NCBI GenBank assembly: GCA_044360285.1
Contig: JBIKKP010000003.1
Span: forward strand, 1 to 60,591
Direction: 5' to 3'
DNA length: 60,591 nt
DNA from: Rickettsiales bacterium
Lineage (GTDB): Bacteria > Pseudomonadota > Alphaproteobacteria > Rickettsiales > UBA1997
Below, one piece after another: positions 29,268 through 39,420 of this stretch; the first letter of the stretch is position 1; each line of letters begins with the position of its first letter. A program made the position numbers and the translations under genes. The notes under the pieces are model-generated. The model did not search any database and was not told the origin of the DNA. It saw only the letters and a program-made list of their open reading frames with translations.

Positions 29268-30209
29268 TTAAAGTCGTTCGCGTAGGTTTTTAATCATATC
29301 CTCAACCATCTTCTCCAACCCAAATTCCACCTTCCAGCCCCACTGCGCGCGGGCCTGCGAATCATCAATTGAGCACGGCCAAGAATCGGCAATTTTTTGG
29401 CGGAAGTCTGGAACGTAAGAAATCTCAAATTCTGGAATATGTTTTTTGATTTCCGAAGCGAGCTCTTCGCAAGAAAAACTCACGCCCGCGAAGTTGAAAT
29501 TGCAGTGATCTTTAAGCTTCAAGAAATCGCACTCAGCCAGCTGAATTGTGCCGCGAATGGCATCTGGCATATACATCATTGGCAGCGTTGTGTCGGCTTT
29601 CAAAAAACATTGGTACGTTTTTTTCTTCAGCGCTTCGTAAAAAATTTCCACCGCGTAATCAGTAGTTCCACCACCTGGCAGAGTTTTATAGCTGATTAAT
29701 CCAGGATAACGAATGCCGCGCACATCAAGTCCAAACTTTGCCACGTAGTATTCGCAAAGCAGCTCGCCGGCTGCTTTGGTTAAGCCATACATTGTTTTTG
29801 GCATAATTACCGTTTGCTGTGGAGTGTTGTTGCGTGGGGTTTCCGGGCCAAAAACGGCAATTGAGCTTGGGCAAATAATCTGCTTCACACCAAGTTCGCG
29901 GGACACTTCCAATACATTGTGCAGGCCAGTCATATTCACGTCCCAGCACAGGTTAGGATTTTTTTCACCAGCGGCAGAAAGGATTGCGGCAAGGTGATAA
30001 ATTACGCTGATTTGATGTTTTTTGACGATGGCGGCAAGCTGGGATTTGTCTAGGACGTCGAGCTTTTCGTAAGGCAAAAATTCCTCGGCAATTGCTGCTG
30101 AGTCGCGCAAATCAGAAGTGACGACATTTTTTTCGCCGTAAGTTTTTTTCAGTGCGGCGGTAAGTTCTGAACCAATTTGGCCTAAGGCGCCGGTGACAAG
30201 GATTTTCAT
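29268..30209 (-). CDS. SDR-type L-threonine 3-dehydrogenase (NAD-dependent epimerase family)
   Basis: TGALGQIG, YHLAAILSA, PSSIAVFG, YGLTK, PGGGTTDYAV and MMYMPDA motifs. Confidence 0.88.
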   Translation of the reverse strand: MKILVTGALGQIGSELTAALKKTYGEKNVVTSDLRDSAAIAEEFLPYEKLDVLDKSQLAAIVKKHQISVIYHLAAILSAAGEKNPNLCWDVNMTGLHNVLEVSRELGVKQIICPSSIAVFGPETPRNNTPQQTVIMPKTMYGLTKAAGELLCEYYVAKFGLDVRGIRYPGLISYKTLPGGGTTDYAVEIFYEALKKKTYQCFLKADTTLPMMYMPDAIRGTIQLAECDFLKLKDHCNFNFAGVSFSCEELASEIKKHIPEFEISYVPDFRQKIADSWPCSIDDSQARAQWGWKVEFGLEKMVEDMIKNLRERL

Positions 30210-30217
30210 TATTTAGC

Positions 30218-31483
30218 CTATAAAGTTTGTTGCGCTGCGCTTGCTAATGCGCTTGCGGTTTGAGATTTTGCTTCTGGTTTTGGTGAAGCGCCTGCTGCAT
30301 CTGGCGCGCCAAATCCTTCCGCAGCTTCTGCTTCTGCGGCCGCTGTGACTATGGAAGGTTTTTCTTCTTGTCGTGCGCGCTTTCTCTGCGTTGCTTCCTT
30401 ACTATCTTTATCTCCACTATCTTTATCTCCACTATTTTCATCTCCACTTACATCAAAAAAAGAAAGAGGTCTGGCGAGGGCTCTAGAGGAAGAAGGTGCG
30501 CCTGCTGCATCAAAGATAAATCTGGGCGCATTTGGCCTTACCGCTTCTGCTTTGACTGCGGCTGGTGCTGCTACACCAGTAATAGTCAAGCAGGTTAACT
30601 CTGGTCTTTCTTGTAATTGCAGACCAAAAGTTCTTGCTACTGGATTTGGCTCGCTTGGTTCGCGTTTGCCAGCATGGCCATCGCAAGCAGAAGCAATAAT
30701 TACTGTTCTGAGATTGGTGACGTTTAAAACGATTACGCCAAGATCATCCTCGGAACCTGGTCTGGAAGCGCGAGTCAGGTCGGAGGCAAAAATTATGCCT
30801 TTGTCGCTGTAAATCTCGGTGATTTTTCTTAATCTTTCTTCTGAGCTTTTGACGAAAGAAGCATTCTCTAAAGAGACGGGAAAAGTGCTAAAAGACAGGC
30901 TGTAATCAGAGGTAAGAGCATCAAGTATGCCATCGGAAGTGACAATTACGTCATATGGCGCGAAGCCTTGTCTGGCAAGGGGAGAGCACTCAATTAGTGT
31001 GGTAAAGTCGGCGCTAAAAACATCTGGTGTAGTTTTTCTTGGGCCAGCGTCAAAGCGACCAATAAAGCCGGAAATTCCGGTTTGAAAAATATAATCGTCG
31101 GGAAGTTCGAGTTCTGTTTTTATTCTGTTGCAAGTGTTGTTGTGATCTTGCGTGAGATCAATTGTGGCAAATTTTCCTTCAGTATTTCTTGCGACAAGAA
31201 TTACGCGCGAATCGCCGATGTTGAAAGTTGTGAAGTTTTTTCCATCGGTGACAATGGAGCAAAGCATTGAGCCAGGGTTTTGTTCGGCGGTTATTTTGAC
31301 GGTTTGTGCAACAGACTCTGCGGTCAGTTTTACAGCAGCTTCGTAGGAAATTGTTGTTTCAAAGAGTGATAGGAAGTCCTCGCTTGCTTCTCCAGAGCGC
31401 CCAGGTTTTTGTAATTCACTAATTGTGTATGAAGCATGAACTCTTGCAGCTGTAGGAGAAGACGGCGCCGTAGGAGAAGACAT
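30218..31483 (-). CDS. PP2C/PPM-like Ser/Thr phosphatase with permuted motif order and low-complexity tail, candidate effector
   Basis: NIGDSR, LTQDH, VTSDGILD and SEDDLGVIVL motifs, followed by CDGHAG. Short tandem repeats SSPTA x2 and SGD(E/K)x x3. Confidence 0.75.
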   Translation of the reverse strand: MSSPTAPSSPTAARVHASYTISELQKPGRSGEASEDFLSLFETTISYEAAVKLTAESVAQTVKITAEQNPGSMLCSIVTDGKNFTTFNIGDSRVILVARNTEGKFATIDLTQDHNNTCNRIKTELELPDDYIFQTGISGFIGRFDAGPRKTTPDVFSADFTTLIECSPLARQGFAPYDVIVTSDGILDALTSDYSLSFSTFPVSLENASFVKSSEERLRKITEIYSDKGIIFASDLTRASRPGSEDDLGVIVLNVTNLRTVIIASACDGHAGKREPSEPNPVARTFGLQLQERPELTCLTITGVAAPAAVKAEAVRPNAPRFIFDAAGAPSSSRALARPLSFFDVSGDENSGDKDSGDKDSKEATQRKRARQEEKPSIVTAAAEAEAAEGFGAPDAAGASPKPEAKSQTASALASAAQQTL

Positions 31484-31484
31484 G

Positions 31485-32675
31485 CTACTCGAGTATAAAA
31501 GTTAAAGATTTCAGATATTCACTTTCTCTCATCGCTGGATGAAGAGGATGGTCAAAATCAGCGCCAAAAACGCGAATTAATTTTGCCGGACGTCCAGCTT
31601 TGCGCAGGCCGTCATTAGCGGCGATGATAAGTTCAGAAGTTCCAGCGTGATGCGAACAAGAACTCAGCATCAAAATGCCATTTTCTTTAACTAAACCAGC
31701 AGCAAGACGCACAAGTTTTTCGTAGCCTTTCATGCCAGAGAAAAAATCTTTTTTCGATTTTATGAAAGCTGGAGGATCAAGCAGCACAACGTCGAATTTG
31801 CGTTCTTGAAATTCAGGTTTTTCGAATAATTCGTAAACTTTTGAATTGATGAATTCGCAATCTTTGCCGGAAAAATTTAGAGCGAGATTTTCTTTCGCAA
31901 GTTCCAGCGCATCTTTCGAAGAGTCGACAAAAGTGACCGATTTTGCGCCGCCGGCCAAAGCATTAATACCAAATCCACCCAAGTAGCAGAAGGCGTCAAG
32001 CACGTCGCAATCTTTGGAAATTGTTGAGATAAATTTACGATTTTGTCTTTGATCAAAAAACCATCCGGTCTTTTGGCCTTCGCTAATGTCAGCGAGATAT
32101 TTCAAACCATTTTCGGTGATTTGAGTTTTTTTAGGAATTTCTCCAACCGCCACGCGGCTGTGATTATCAAGGCCTTCTAGTTTTCTTGATTCAGATTCAT
32201 TACGAAAAATTACTGAGCAATTTGGAAAAACTTTTTGCAGAGCGCTGCAAATAAGGTCGCTTAATTTTTCCATTCCAGCGGTTGAAACTTGGCAACAAAA
32301 AACATTGTCAAAGCGGTCAATGATTAGGCCGGGAAGGAAATCAGATTCTGAGTGTACTAAACGATAAAATGGTTCGCTGAGAAATTTATCGCGCAAAACT
32401 TTTGCCGCAGAAATTTTTGCGACGAAAAAATCTTCATTAATTTCTTCGTTGTAATTGTGAGTCAAAATGCGTGCTGCAATCAGGCTGTGTGCGTTGAAAT
32501 AGGCGATGGCAAATTTTTGTGAACCACGAATTTCTACTTCAACAAGTGAACCTTTTTCTAAAGTTTTTAATGCGGCAAAATTCTCGATTTCGTTTGAAAA
32601 AATCCATGCTCCGCCTTTGATTAAGCGGATTTCGCTGTGTTTTTTGATTTTTAAAATCGGTAAAGCTGTCATCAT
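31485..32675 (-). CDS. rlmI: RlmI-like class I SAM-dependent rRNA m5C methyltransferase
   Basis: PUA-like N-terminus (WIFSNE), GQKTGWFFDQR, VLDAFCYLGGFG, DPPAF and DHP motifs. Confidence 0.85.
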   Translation of the reverse strand: MMTALPILKIKKHSEIRLIKGGAWIFSNEIENFAALKTLEKGSLVEVEIRGSQKFAIAYFNAHSLIAARILTHNYNEEINEDFFVAKISAAKVLRDKFLSEPFYRLVHSESDFLPGLIIDRFDNVFCCQVSTAGMEKLSDLICSALQKVFPNCSVIFRNESESRKLEGLDNHSRVAVGEIPKKTQITENGLKYLADISEGQKTGWFFDQRQNRKFISTISKDCDVLDAFCYLGGFGINALAGGAKSVTFVDSSKDALELAKENLALNFSGKDCEFINSKVYELFEKPEFQERKFDVVLLDPPAFIKSKKDFFSGMKGYEKLVRLAAGLVKENGILMLSSCSHHAGTSELIIAANDGLRKAGRPAKLIRVFGADFDHPLHPAMRESEYLKSLTFILE

Positions 32676-33337
32676 TATAGAGTGAAAGTGAGGGTCAAAA
32701 GGTGTGAATTTCTTTTAATTAAAAAATTCTTAAAAATTTCTTCATAATCTTGTGGAAGCGCTTTGTGCAAGGATCCGCGGGTGATCAAACTTTCGCTGTA
32801 ATCAGAGATATTGGTGAAGCGCTCGAAGATTTCTAAAGAGAATTTGTTGTCGATGAAGCTAAGTGGCTTAAGGGCTGAAGCCAGACAAATATCAACAAGA
32901 GAAAATTTATTGCCGTCAAAATAAGGGCCAAAGCGCAGGTTTTTTTCAAGCACGGCAAGTTTGGAAATCACTTCAACTTTTTTGATGTCGAGTTGTTCCT
33001 GATTTTGCGCAAAAACCATTCCCAAAGTTCCGGCAATAATTGCATTACTGACTTCCATCCAAGCACGGTGCTGAGCGCGGATTGCCAGGTCTTGCGAGTG
33101 AAGAGGAATTTGCGGATAAGCGTCGTCGAGATATTCGCAAATAGCGATTGATTCGAAGAGAATTTTGTCATCGACATAGAGCAGCGGAACTTTGCCAAAT
33201 GGCGATTCTTTCACAAACCAATCCGGGCGATTGGCCAGATCAACGATAACTTTTTCGTAAGGTAAATTTTTCTCAAGCAGAGCCATTTCAATGCGATGGC
33301 CGTAGGGAGAGAATTTGGAGGTGATGAGTTTTAGCAT
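32675..33337 (-). CDS. Glutathione S-transferase family protein
   Basis: SPYGHR, SPFGKVPLL, LFESIAICEYLDD and FSLVD motifs. ATG at 33337. Confidence 0.92.
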   Translation of the reverse strand: MLKLITSKFSPYGHRIEMALLEKNLPYEKVIVDLANRPDWFVKESPFGKVPLLYVDDKILFESIAICEYLDDAYPQIPLHSQDLAIRAQHRAWMEVSNAIIAGTLGMVFAQNQEQLDIKKVEVISKLAVLEKNLRFGPYFDGNKFSLVDICLASALKPLSFIDNKFSLEIFERFTNISDYSESLITRGSLHKALPQDYEEIFKNFLIKRNSHLLTLTFTL

Positions 33338-33368
33338 AAAATTATTGTGATTTTTCAAAGTCCTCAAT

Positions 33369-33454
33369 GCTGGGCGGGATTTGTAATCCCACCCACTCGT
33401 TCATGCCGTTGAAATTGCATGAACGAGTGGGCGGAGTTACAAACTCCGCCCAGC
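33369..33454. repeat. Palindromic element family C (best-preserved doublet, 86 bp)
   Basis: gctgggcgggatttgtaatcccacccactcgttcatgc-cgttgaaatt-gcatgaacgagtgggcggagttacaaactccgcccagc. Confidence 0.92.
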
Positions 33455-33470
33455 AAAAAATCGAGTGATA

Positions 33471-34739
33471 TTAATAAATCGGAAATTGTTCGCAAAGGGC
33501 GCGGACCTTGGCTTTAGTGGCTTCTTCCACCGTCTTATTTCCTTCTTCGCCATTTTTGACGAAGCCTTCAAGTACGTCACAAATCATCTGCCCAATTGCT
33601 TCAAACTCTTTCTCCCCAAAGCCGCGAGTCGTTCCAGCCGCGGTTCCAAAGCGTAAACCAGAAGTGACAAAAGGTGAGCGTGGATCGTTTGGAATGGCGT
33701 TTTTATTGCAGGTGAGGCCGGCGCGTTCCAAAACTTTTTCGGCTTCTTTTCCAGTTAAAGTTTCAAGTGGCGTGAGGTCTACAACCATCAAGTGGCAATC
33801 GGTTCCGCCGGTGGTGATTTTTAAACCACGAGCAACCAAAACTTTTGCCAAAACTTTGGCGTTAGCGACGACTTGTTTTGCGTAAGTTTTAAACTCCGGA
33901 CGCAGAGCTTCAGCAAATGCCACGGCTTTTGCTGCAATCACGTGCATCAAAGGTCCGCCTTGCAAGCCAGGGAAAACGGCAGAATTAATTTTTTTGGCCA
34001 GTTCTTCGTCATTGGTCAAAATCACGCCACCGCGCGGTCCGCGCAGAGTTTTGTGAGTTGTGGAAGTGACGATATGCGCAATTCCAACGGGAGATGGATA
34101 AATTCCTGCTGCAACTAATCCCGCTACGTGCGCCATATCAACCATTAGAAGCGCACCAACTTCATCAGCAATTTGACGGAAACGCGCCCAATCAACGATG
34201 CGTGGATAAGAAGAAATGCCTGCAACAATTAATTTTGGTTTATGTTCGCGAGCTAGAGCTGCAGCTTGTTCGTAGTCAATCAAACCATCGTCAAGACGAA
34301 TGCCATATTGCACTGATTTCAGCCACATTCCTGAAATTGTGCGTTGTGCTCCATGCGTTAAATGTCCGCCAGCAGCCAAGCTCATGCCAAGAATCGTGTC
34401 GCCTGGCTGTAGAAGCGCCAGGTACACTGACAAGTTTGCGCTTGCACCAGAATGCGGCTGAACGTTAGCAAATTTTGTGCCAAAAAGTTGGCAAAGCCTG
34501 TCAATTGCTGCTTGCTCGACCTCATCAGAAAATTCGCAACCGCCGTAATAACGTTTCGCTGGATAACCTTCGGCATATTTGTTAGTGAAGATTGAGCCTT
34601 GCGCCTCAAGCACCGCGCGGCTGACGATATTTTCAGAAGCGATTAATTCGATTTGATATTTCTGACGATTTAATTCGTTGGAAATTGATTTGGCGATTGT
34701 TGGATCAGATTTTTCTAGGCTGGATTGGAAGAAGGTCAT
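33471..34739 (-). CDS. glyA: Serine hydroxymethyltransferase
   Basis: [21 protein letters not shown] and [12 protein letters not shown] motifs. Confidence 0.98.
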   Translation of the reverse strand: MTFFQSSLEKSDPTIAKSISNELNRQKYQIELIASENIVSRAVLEAQGSIFTNKYAEGYPAKRYYGGCEFSDEVEQAAIDRLCQLFGTKFANVQPHSGASANLSVYLALLQPGDTILGMSLAAGGHLTHGAQRTISGMWLKSVQYGIRLDDGLIDYEQAAALAREHKPKLIVAGISSYPRIVDWARFRQIADEVGALLMVDMAHVAGLVAAGIYPSPVGIAHIVTSTTHKTLRGPRGGVILTNDEELAKKINSAVFPGLQGGPLMHVIAAKAVAFAEALRPEFKTYAKQVVANAKVLAKVLVARGLKITTGGTDCHLMVVDLTPLETLTGKEAEKVLERAGLTCNKNAIPNDPRSPFVTSGLRFGTAAGTTRGFGEKEFEAIGQMICDVLEGFVKNGEEGNKTVEEATKAKVRALCEQFPIY

Positions 34740-34798
34740 GTTGAAAAAAGTTGGTTTTGAAAAAATAAAATTTCGCGCCTTTGATGCTTAGGTTTGGT

Positions 34799-34840
34799 GC
34801 TCGGGCGGATTTTGTAAATCCGCCCGAAACTTTCATGCCA
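34799..34840. repeat. Palindromic element family C (half)
   Basis: gctcgggcggattttgtaaatccgcccgaaactttcatgcc. Confidence 0.8.
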
Positions 34841-34846
34841 AGATTT

Positions 34847-35674
34847 TTAAAGCCCAAAGCGGTTAAAAATTAAACGCTCTTCGATGTTTGAAATAAGCTG
34901 TTTGCTGAGATTTAGGCGTTCTTGAAAAAAACTTTTTAGAAAACTTTTTTTGGCGGTGATATTTACGAATTCAACTTTCTCGCCGAATTTTTCTTTCATC
35001 TTGCTGCGCATATCGGCAACGCCGTCAACTAATCCAAGCTCTGCAGCTTTTTTTCCCGACCAAAAAGCGCCGGTGAAAAGTTTTTCTTCGGCTTCCATCA
35101 GACGACCGGCGCGCCTTGATTTCACCAGATCCTTAAAGTTTTCAAAAATATCGCGCTGCGCATCTTTGAGGATCGCTACGTTTTCTTCTTCTTCGGGCAA
35201 AAACGGATCAAGAATCGCTTTGTTTTTTCCTTCTGCATAAACACGGCGCGAAATGCCTATTTTCTTGATTGCATCAACAAAACCAAAGCCAGAAAAAATT
35301 ACGCCAATTGAACCGATGATTGAAGAATTATGCGCATAAATTTCATCGCCTGCAAGCAACAGCCAATAGCCGCCAGAGGCTGCAACGTCTTGTGCGAAGG
35401 TGTAAACAGGAATTTTTTTCTCGGCCGATAATTCACGAACATAATTGTAAACTAGTTCGGATTGAACAGGCGAGCCGCCTGGCGAGTTGATAAGAAGTGC
35501 AACAGCTTTCGCTTTTTTAGTTTCAAAAGCGCGTTTGAGCAGCGGTGCACAATTTTCAAAATTAATTCCCGAAGAAAATTTTGAGTTTTGCCCAATTACT
35601 CCCTGAAGGTTCAGGCAGGCAACGACAGGATTTTTTTTGCCGCAGAAAAGTTTTTTAAATGAGAATTTCTTCAT
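34847..35674 (-). CDS. S49 family peptidase (SppA/SohB-like)
   Basis: INSPGGSP, AASGGYW and GSIGV motifs. Confidence 0.92.
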   Translation of the reverse strand: MKKFSFKKLFCGKKNPVVACLNLQGVIGQNSKFSSGINFENCAPLLKRAFETKKAKAVALLINSPGGSPVQSELVYNYVRELSAEKKIPVYTFAQDVAASGGYWLLLAGDEIYAHNSSIIGSIGVIFSGFGFVDAIKKIGISRRVYAEGKNKAILDPFLPEEEENVAILKDAQRDIFENFKDLVKSRRAGRLMEAEEKLFTGAFWSGKKAAELGLVDGVADMRSKMKEKFGEKVEFVNITAKKSFLKSFFQERLNLSKQLISNIEERLIFNRFGL

Positions 35675-36983
35675 TTTTGTTTTTGTTAAAAATCGTTAAA
35701 TCTTGGCGCGAAATCTGGCCGCGGAGGAATTTTTGTGTGTAATTAATCAGGCAAAAAGACAGAAAAAAAGTTAGGATCAGCATCAGCGAAATCCACAATC
35801 CTTGCGCTCCGAACTTGTCCATGATGCCGCCGGTGCAGATTAATCCAGTGATGTTGCCAATCAAACTGAAGCGCGAAAATGCGCTGTTTACGGCAAGGCG
35901 CTGCGTTGGTTTATATTTTTCGTTGATGAGCACAACGGCCGGCAGCTTGATTCCAGACAGACAGCCGAAAAGTAAAAAAAGCAAAGTATAAATTTGTTGT
36001 GAGCCAGCGACGTCATAGAGTTCATAAGTGCAAAGGAGTGAAAGCATGGTGAAAGAAATCATCATCATGCGGCGATTGAGTAGGTCGGTTAAATAGCCAA
36101 GCGGAATGTAAAAAATTGTGCCAAAAAGCAGGACGGAAAGCAAAAGTGATGCCTGGTCTTGCGGCATGCCAATTCTGATTCCATAGATGATTAAAAATGC
36201 CGAAGCGGCGGACATTGCATAGCTTACGGAAAACCCAGCAAACATGATTTTTGGTGAATTTTCGATGTAACGCCAAATGCCGATTTTTTTATTTTCGCGA
36301 ACCGCCGAATCGACTTTGCGCAGGCGAGATAGCGGCAGCATTGAGGCTAAGAAAAATCCTGAGGCAAGAGCGAAAGAGAAATAGCTATTGCCGGTTTTAA
36401 GCAAGTTGAGAATGATTGGCCCTAAAGCGTTTCCAACTGCAACCAGCGTGGTTCCAATTGAGATAACAAGTGCGCGGATTTTTATTGGAGCAAGGTCGAT
36501 CATCACCGTATTTCTGGTGACGCCGCAGATAAAAAAGGAAGTTCCTAAGAAATAAATCAGCACCAGCCAGAGAAAATATCCTGGATAGAAAAACAGCAGA
36601 GAGGCGCAAGCCGCCGAGATCAGCGAGCCAATATAGATGGTTTTGATAAGTCCGTTTTTTTGACCAAATGAAGGCAAAAAACGCGAAAAAATTACGCCGG
36701 CACCAATTTGTGTGGCAGCGGAAATCGACATCAAAATTTCGTTTTTAACATTTTGCTCAAGCTTGATTGCAATCAGCACTGCTAAGATTCCATAGCCAAT
36801 TGCAGCGGTAAAAATTGCTAAAAAAATTGCCGACAAATCTTTCAGAGTTGTGGCGTTCCAGCAAAATTTTTCACCTTCTTGGCAAATTGCATTCTTACCT
36901 GGAAGTGGCGCAAATCCCGCACTGGTGACGTCATAATTATTTCGCGAGATTGCGCCATTTTTTGAGCGGAAGTAAACGAGCAT
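35655..36983 (-). CDS. MFS transporter
   Basis: About 12 hydrophobic segments; GYLTDLLNRR motif-A-like loop. Confidence 0.85.
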   Translation of the reverse strand: MLVYFRSKNGAISRNNYDVTSAGFAPLPGKNAICQEGEKFCWNATTLKDLSAIFLAIFTAAIGYGILAVLIAIKLEQNVKNEILMSISAATQIGAGVIFSRFLPSFGQKNGLIKTIYIGSLISAACASLLFFYPGYFLWLVLIYFLGTSFFICGVTRNTVMIDLAPIKIRALVISIGTTLVAVGNALGPIILNLLKTGNSYFSFALASGFFLASMLPLSRLRKVDSAVRENKKIGIWRYIENSPKIMFAGFSVSYAMSAASAFLIIYGIRIGMPQDQASLLLSVLLFGTIFYIPLGYLTDLLNRRMMMISFTMLSLLCTYELYDVAGSQQIYTLLFLLFGCLSGIKLPAVVLINEKYKPTQRLAVNSAFSRFSLIGNITGLICTGGIMDKFGAQGLWISLMLILTFFLSFCLINYTQKFLRGQISRQDLTIFNKNKNEEILI

Positions 36984-36987
36984 TTGT

Positions 36988-38400
36988 TTAAATTTTTCTC
37001 ACGTCAGCTAGGTGACCAGAAATCGCTGCCGCTGCCGCCATTGCTGGACTGACCAAGTGAGTACGACCGCCACGACCTTGGCGGCCTTCGAAATTACGAT
37101 TCGATGTTGATGCGCAGCGTTCGCCAAATTCTAACTTATCGGCGTTCATAGCTAAACACATTGAACAGCCTGGTTCGCGCCATTCAAAACCCGATTCGAT
37201 AAAAATTTTATGCAAACCTTCGCTCTCTGCTTGTTCTTTAACCAAGCCAGAACCTGGAACAACCATAGCAAGTTTGATATTTTTGGCGATTTTTTTGCCG
37301 CGTAAAATTTCTGCAGCAGCGCGAAAATCTTCAATGCGGCCGTTGGTACAAGAGCCGATAAAAATTTTGTCGATTTGAATTTCTTCAAGCGGCGTGCCTG
37401 GTTTTAAGTCCATGTATTCTAAAGAACGCAAAACAGCTTGCTGCTTACCTTTGTCGGCAAAATCACTTGGAAATGGAACTTTTGCCGTAATTGGCAAAGC
37501 ATCTTCTGGGCTGGTTCCCCAAGTGACGTAAGGCGCAATTTCGGCAGCGTTTAAGTGAAGTTCTTTGTCATATTTTGCATTGGCATCTGATGGTAAAGCG
37601 CGCCAGTATTTTAGGGCTTTCTCGAAGTCTTCACCTTTTGGCGCCATTGGTCTTCCTTTGAGATATTCGAAAGTTTTTTCATCGGGTGCAATCAATCCGG
37701 CTCTGGCTCCAGCTTCAATTGCCATGTTGCAAACAGTCATACGACCTTCCATGGAAAGTGACATAATTGCGCTGCCAGCAAATTCGATAACACAGCCAGT
37801 TCCGCCGGCGGTGCCGATTTTGGCGATTACAGCAAGGATGATATCTTTTGCAGTGACGCCAGCTCCAAGCGCGCCTTCAACTTTGACGAGAAAATTTTTC
37901 GCGCGTTTTTGGATGAGAGTTTGGGTGGCTAAAACGTGCTCAACTTCTGAAGTGCCGATGCCAAATGCCAGTGCGCCAAAAGCGCCGTGAGTTGCGGTGT
38001 GACTATCGCCGCAAACAATGACCATTCCTGGTTGCGTAAGGCCTTGCTCGGGGCCAACGATGTGAACAATTCCTTGTTTTTTGTCGTCTAAATCGAAGTA
38101 AGTAATGCCAAATTCGCGGCAATTTTTTTCCAAAGTCTCAACTTGTGTGCGCGAGGTTTGATCTTTGATTCCAGAGGTTCCGTGGCCGCGATCTGCGGTT
38201 GTTGTTGGAACATTGTGATCAGCGACGGCCAAGTGTGCTTCTGGTCTTCGCGGTTTGCGGTTAGCGATTCGTAGTCCTTCAAAAGCTTGCGGAGAAGTTA
38301 CTTCGTGAATCAGCTGGCGATCCACGTAAATTGCGGCTGAAGAGCCGTCGTCGTAAACTAAGTGTGAGTCCCAAATTTTGTCGTAAAGCGTCTTTGCCAT
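36988..38400 (-). CDS. leuC: 3-isopropylmalate dehydratase large subunit
   Basis: [29 protein letters not shown] and [12 protein letters not shown] motifs. Confidence 0.98.
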   Translation of the reverse strand: MAKTLYDKIWDSHLVYDDGSSAAIYVDRQLIHEVTSPQAFEGLRIANRKPRRPEAHLAVADHNVPTTTADRGHGTSGIKDQTSRTQVETLEKNCREFGITYFDLDDKKQGIVHIVGPEQGLTQPGMVIVCGDSHTATHGAFGALAFGIGTSEVEHVLATQTLIQKRAKNFLVKVEGALGAGVTAKDIILAVIAKIGTAGGTGCVIEFAGSAIMSLSMEGRMTVCNMAIEAGARAGLIAPDEKTFEYLKGRPMAPKGEDFEKALKYWRALPSDANAKYDKELHLNAAEIAPYVTWGTSPEDALPITAKVPFPSDFADKGKQQAVLRSLEYMDLKPGTPLEEIQIDKIFIGSCTNGRIEDFRAAAEILRGKKIAKNIKLAMVVPGSGLVKEQAESEGLHKIFIESGFEWREPGCSMCLAMNADKLEFGERCASTSNRNFEGRQGRGGRTHLVSPAMAAAAAISGHLADVRKI

Positions 38401-38557
38401 GTTTTTAGATGAGCTGTTGAGTTAGGAATGGAGAGGGCAAAACCATCGATTGGCTTTCTGTTAATTTCAACCGTGTTTGCGATGAAACTCAACTTGGCAA
38501 AAAAAATATAGCGTTGAAGCTGCACCGCATTTTTTAAAATTTAAAAAACTAAATTTT

Positions 38558-39304
38558 ATGGCAGGACATTCGCAGTTCGCTAATATCAAGCATCGCAAGG
38601 GCGCGCAAGACGCTAAAAAGGCAAAAATTTTTACTAAAATAATTCGTGAAATCACGGTTGCGGCAAAGACCGGGCAGCCTGATCCGGAGTTCAATCCGCG
38701 TTTGCGTAATGCGTTGATTGACGCGCGCTCAAAAAATATGCCAAAAGACCGCGTTGATGCAGCGATCAAAAAAGCGACTTCAGGAGCGGCTGGTGAAAAT
38801 TTTGACGAGATTCGCTATGAAGGCTACGCGCCGGCTGGAATTGCGTTAATTGTTGAAGCGCTGACCGATAATCGCAATCGCACGGCAAGCGAAGTGCGCA
38901 GCATTTTTACCAAATTTGGTGGCGCTTTGGGTGAAACCGGTTCGGTTGGTTTTATGTTTGATCACATTGGTTTAATCCAATTTGACGGCAAAGTGGCCAG
39001 CGAAGAAGACATGTTCGAGGCCGCGCTGGAAGCTGGTGCAAGCGAAGTTGAATCAAGTGAAGATTTTCACGCCGTGATCACGCAGCCAGAAAATTTCAGC
39101 GCCGTTCGCGATATTTTAATCAAAAAATTCGGCGATCCACTTTCGGCAAAACTTGATTGGAAAGCCAAAAATACGATGGAAATTGCCGATCTTGAGCAAG
39201 CGCAAAAATTGCTGAAAATGATCGATGCGCTGGAAGATTGTGACGATGTTCAATCGGTCACTGGGAACTATATTTTTACTAACGAAATCGCCGAAAAACT
39301 TTAG
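38558..39304 (+). CDS. yebC: YebC/PmpR family protein
   Basis: MAGHSQFANIKHRK, YEGY and TDNRNRT motifs. Confidence 0.96.
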   Translation: MAGHSQFANIKHRKGAQDAKKAKIFTKIIREITVAAKTGQPDPEFNPRLRNALIDARSKNMPKDRVDAAIKKATSGAAGENFDEIRYEGYAPAGIALIVEALTDNRNRTASEVRSIFTKFGGALGETGSVGFMFDHIGLIQFDGKVASEEDMFEAALEAGASEVESSEDFHAVITQPENFSAVRDILIKKFGDPLSAKLDWKAKNTMEIADLEQAQKLLKMIDALEDCDDVQSVTGNYIFTNEIAEKL

Positions 39305-39317
39305 GTCAAACTGCAAA

Positions 39318-39407
39318 AATTTTTTTAGTCATGCTGAGCTTGTCGAAGCATGGCTAAATTGCGCGATTTAGTCGCCCTTCGACAAGCTCAGGGTGACTAA
39401 AAAAATT
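39318..39407. repeat. Palindromic element family B (long hairpin)
   Basis: aatttttttagtcatgctgagcttgtcgaag ... cttcgacaagctcagggtgactaaaaaaatt. Confidence 0.9.
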
Positions 39408-39420
39408 AAATTTAACGAAA

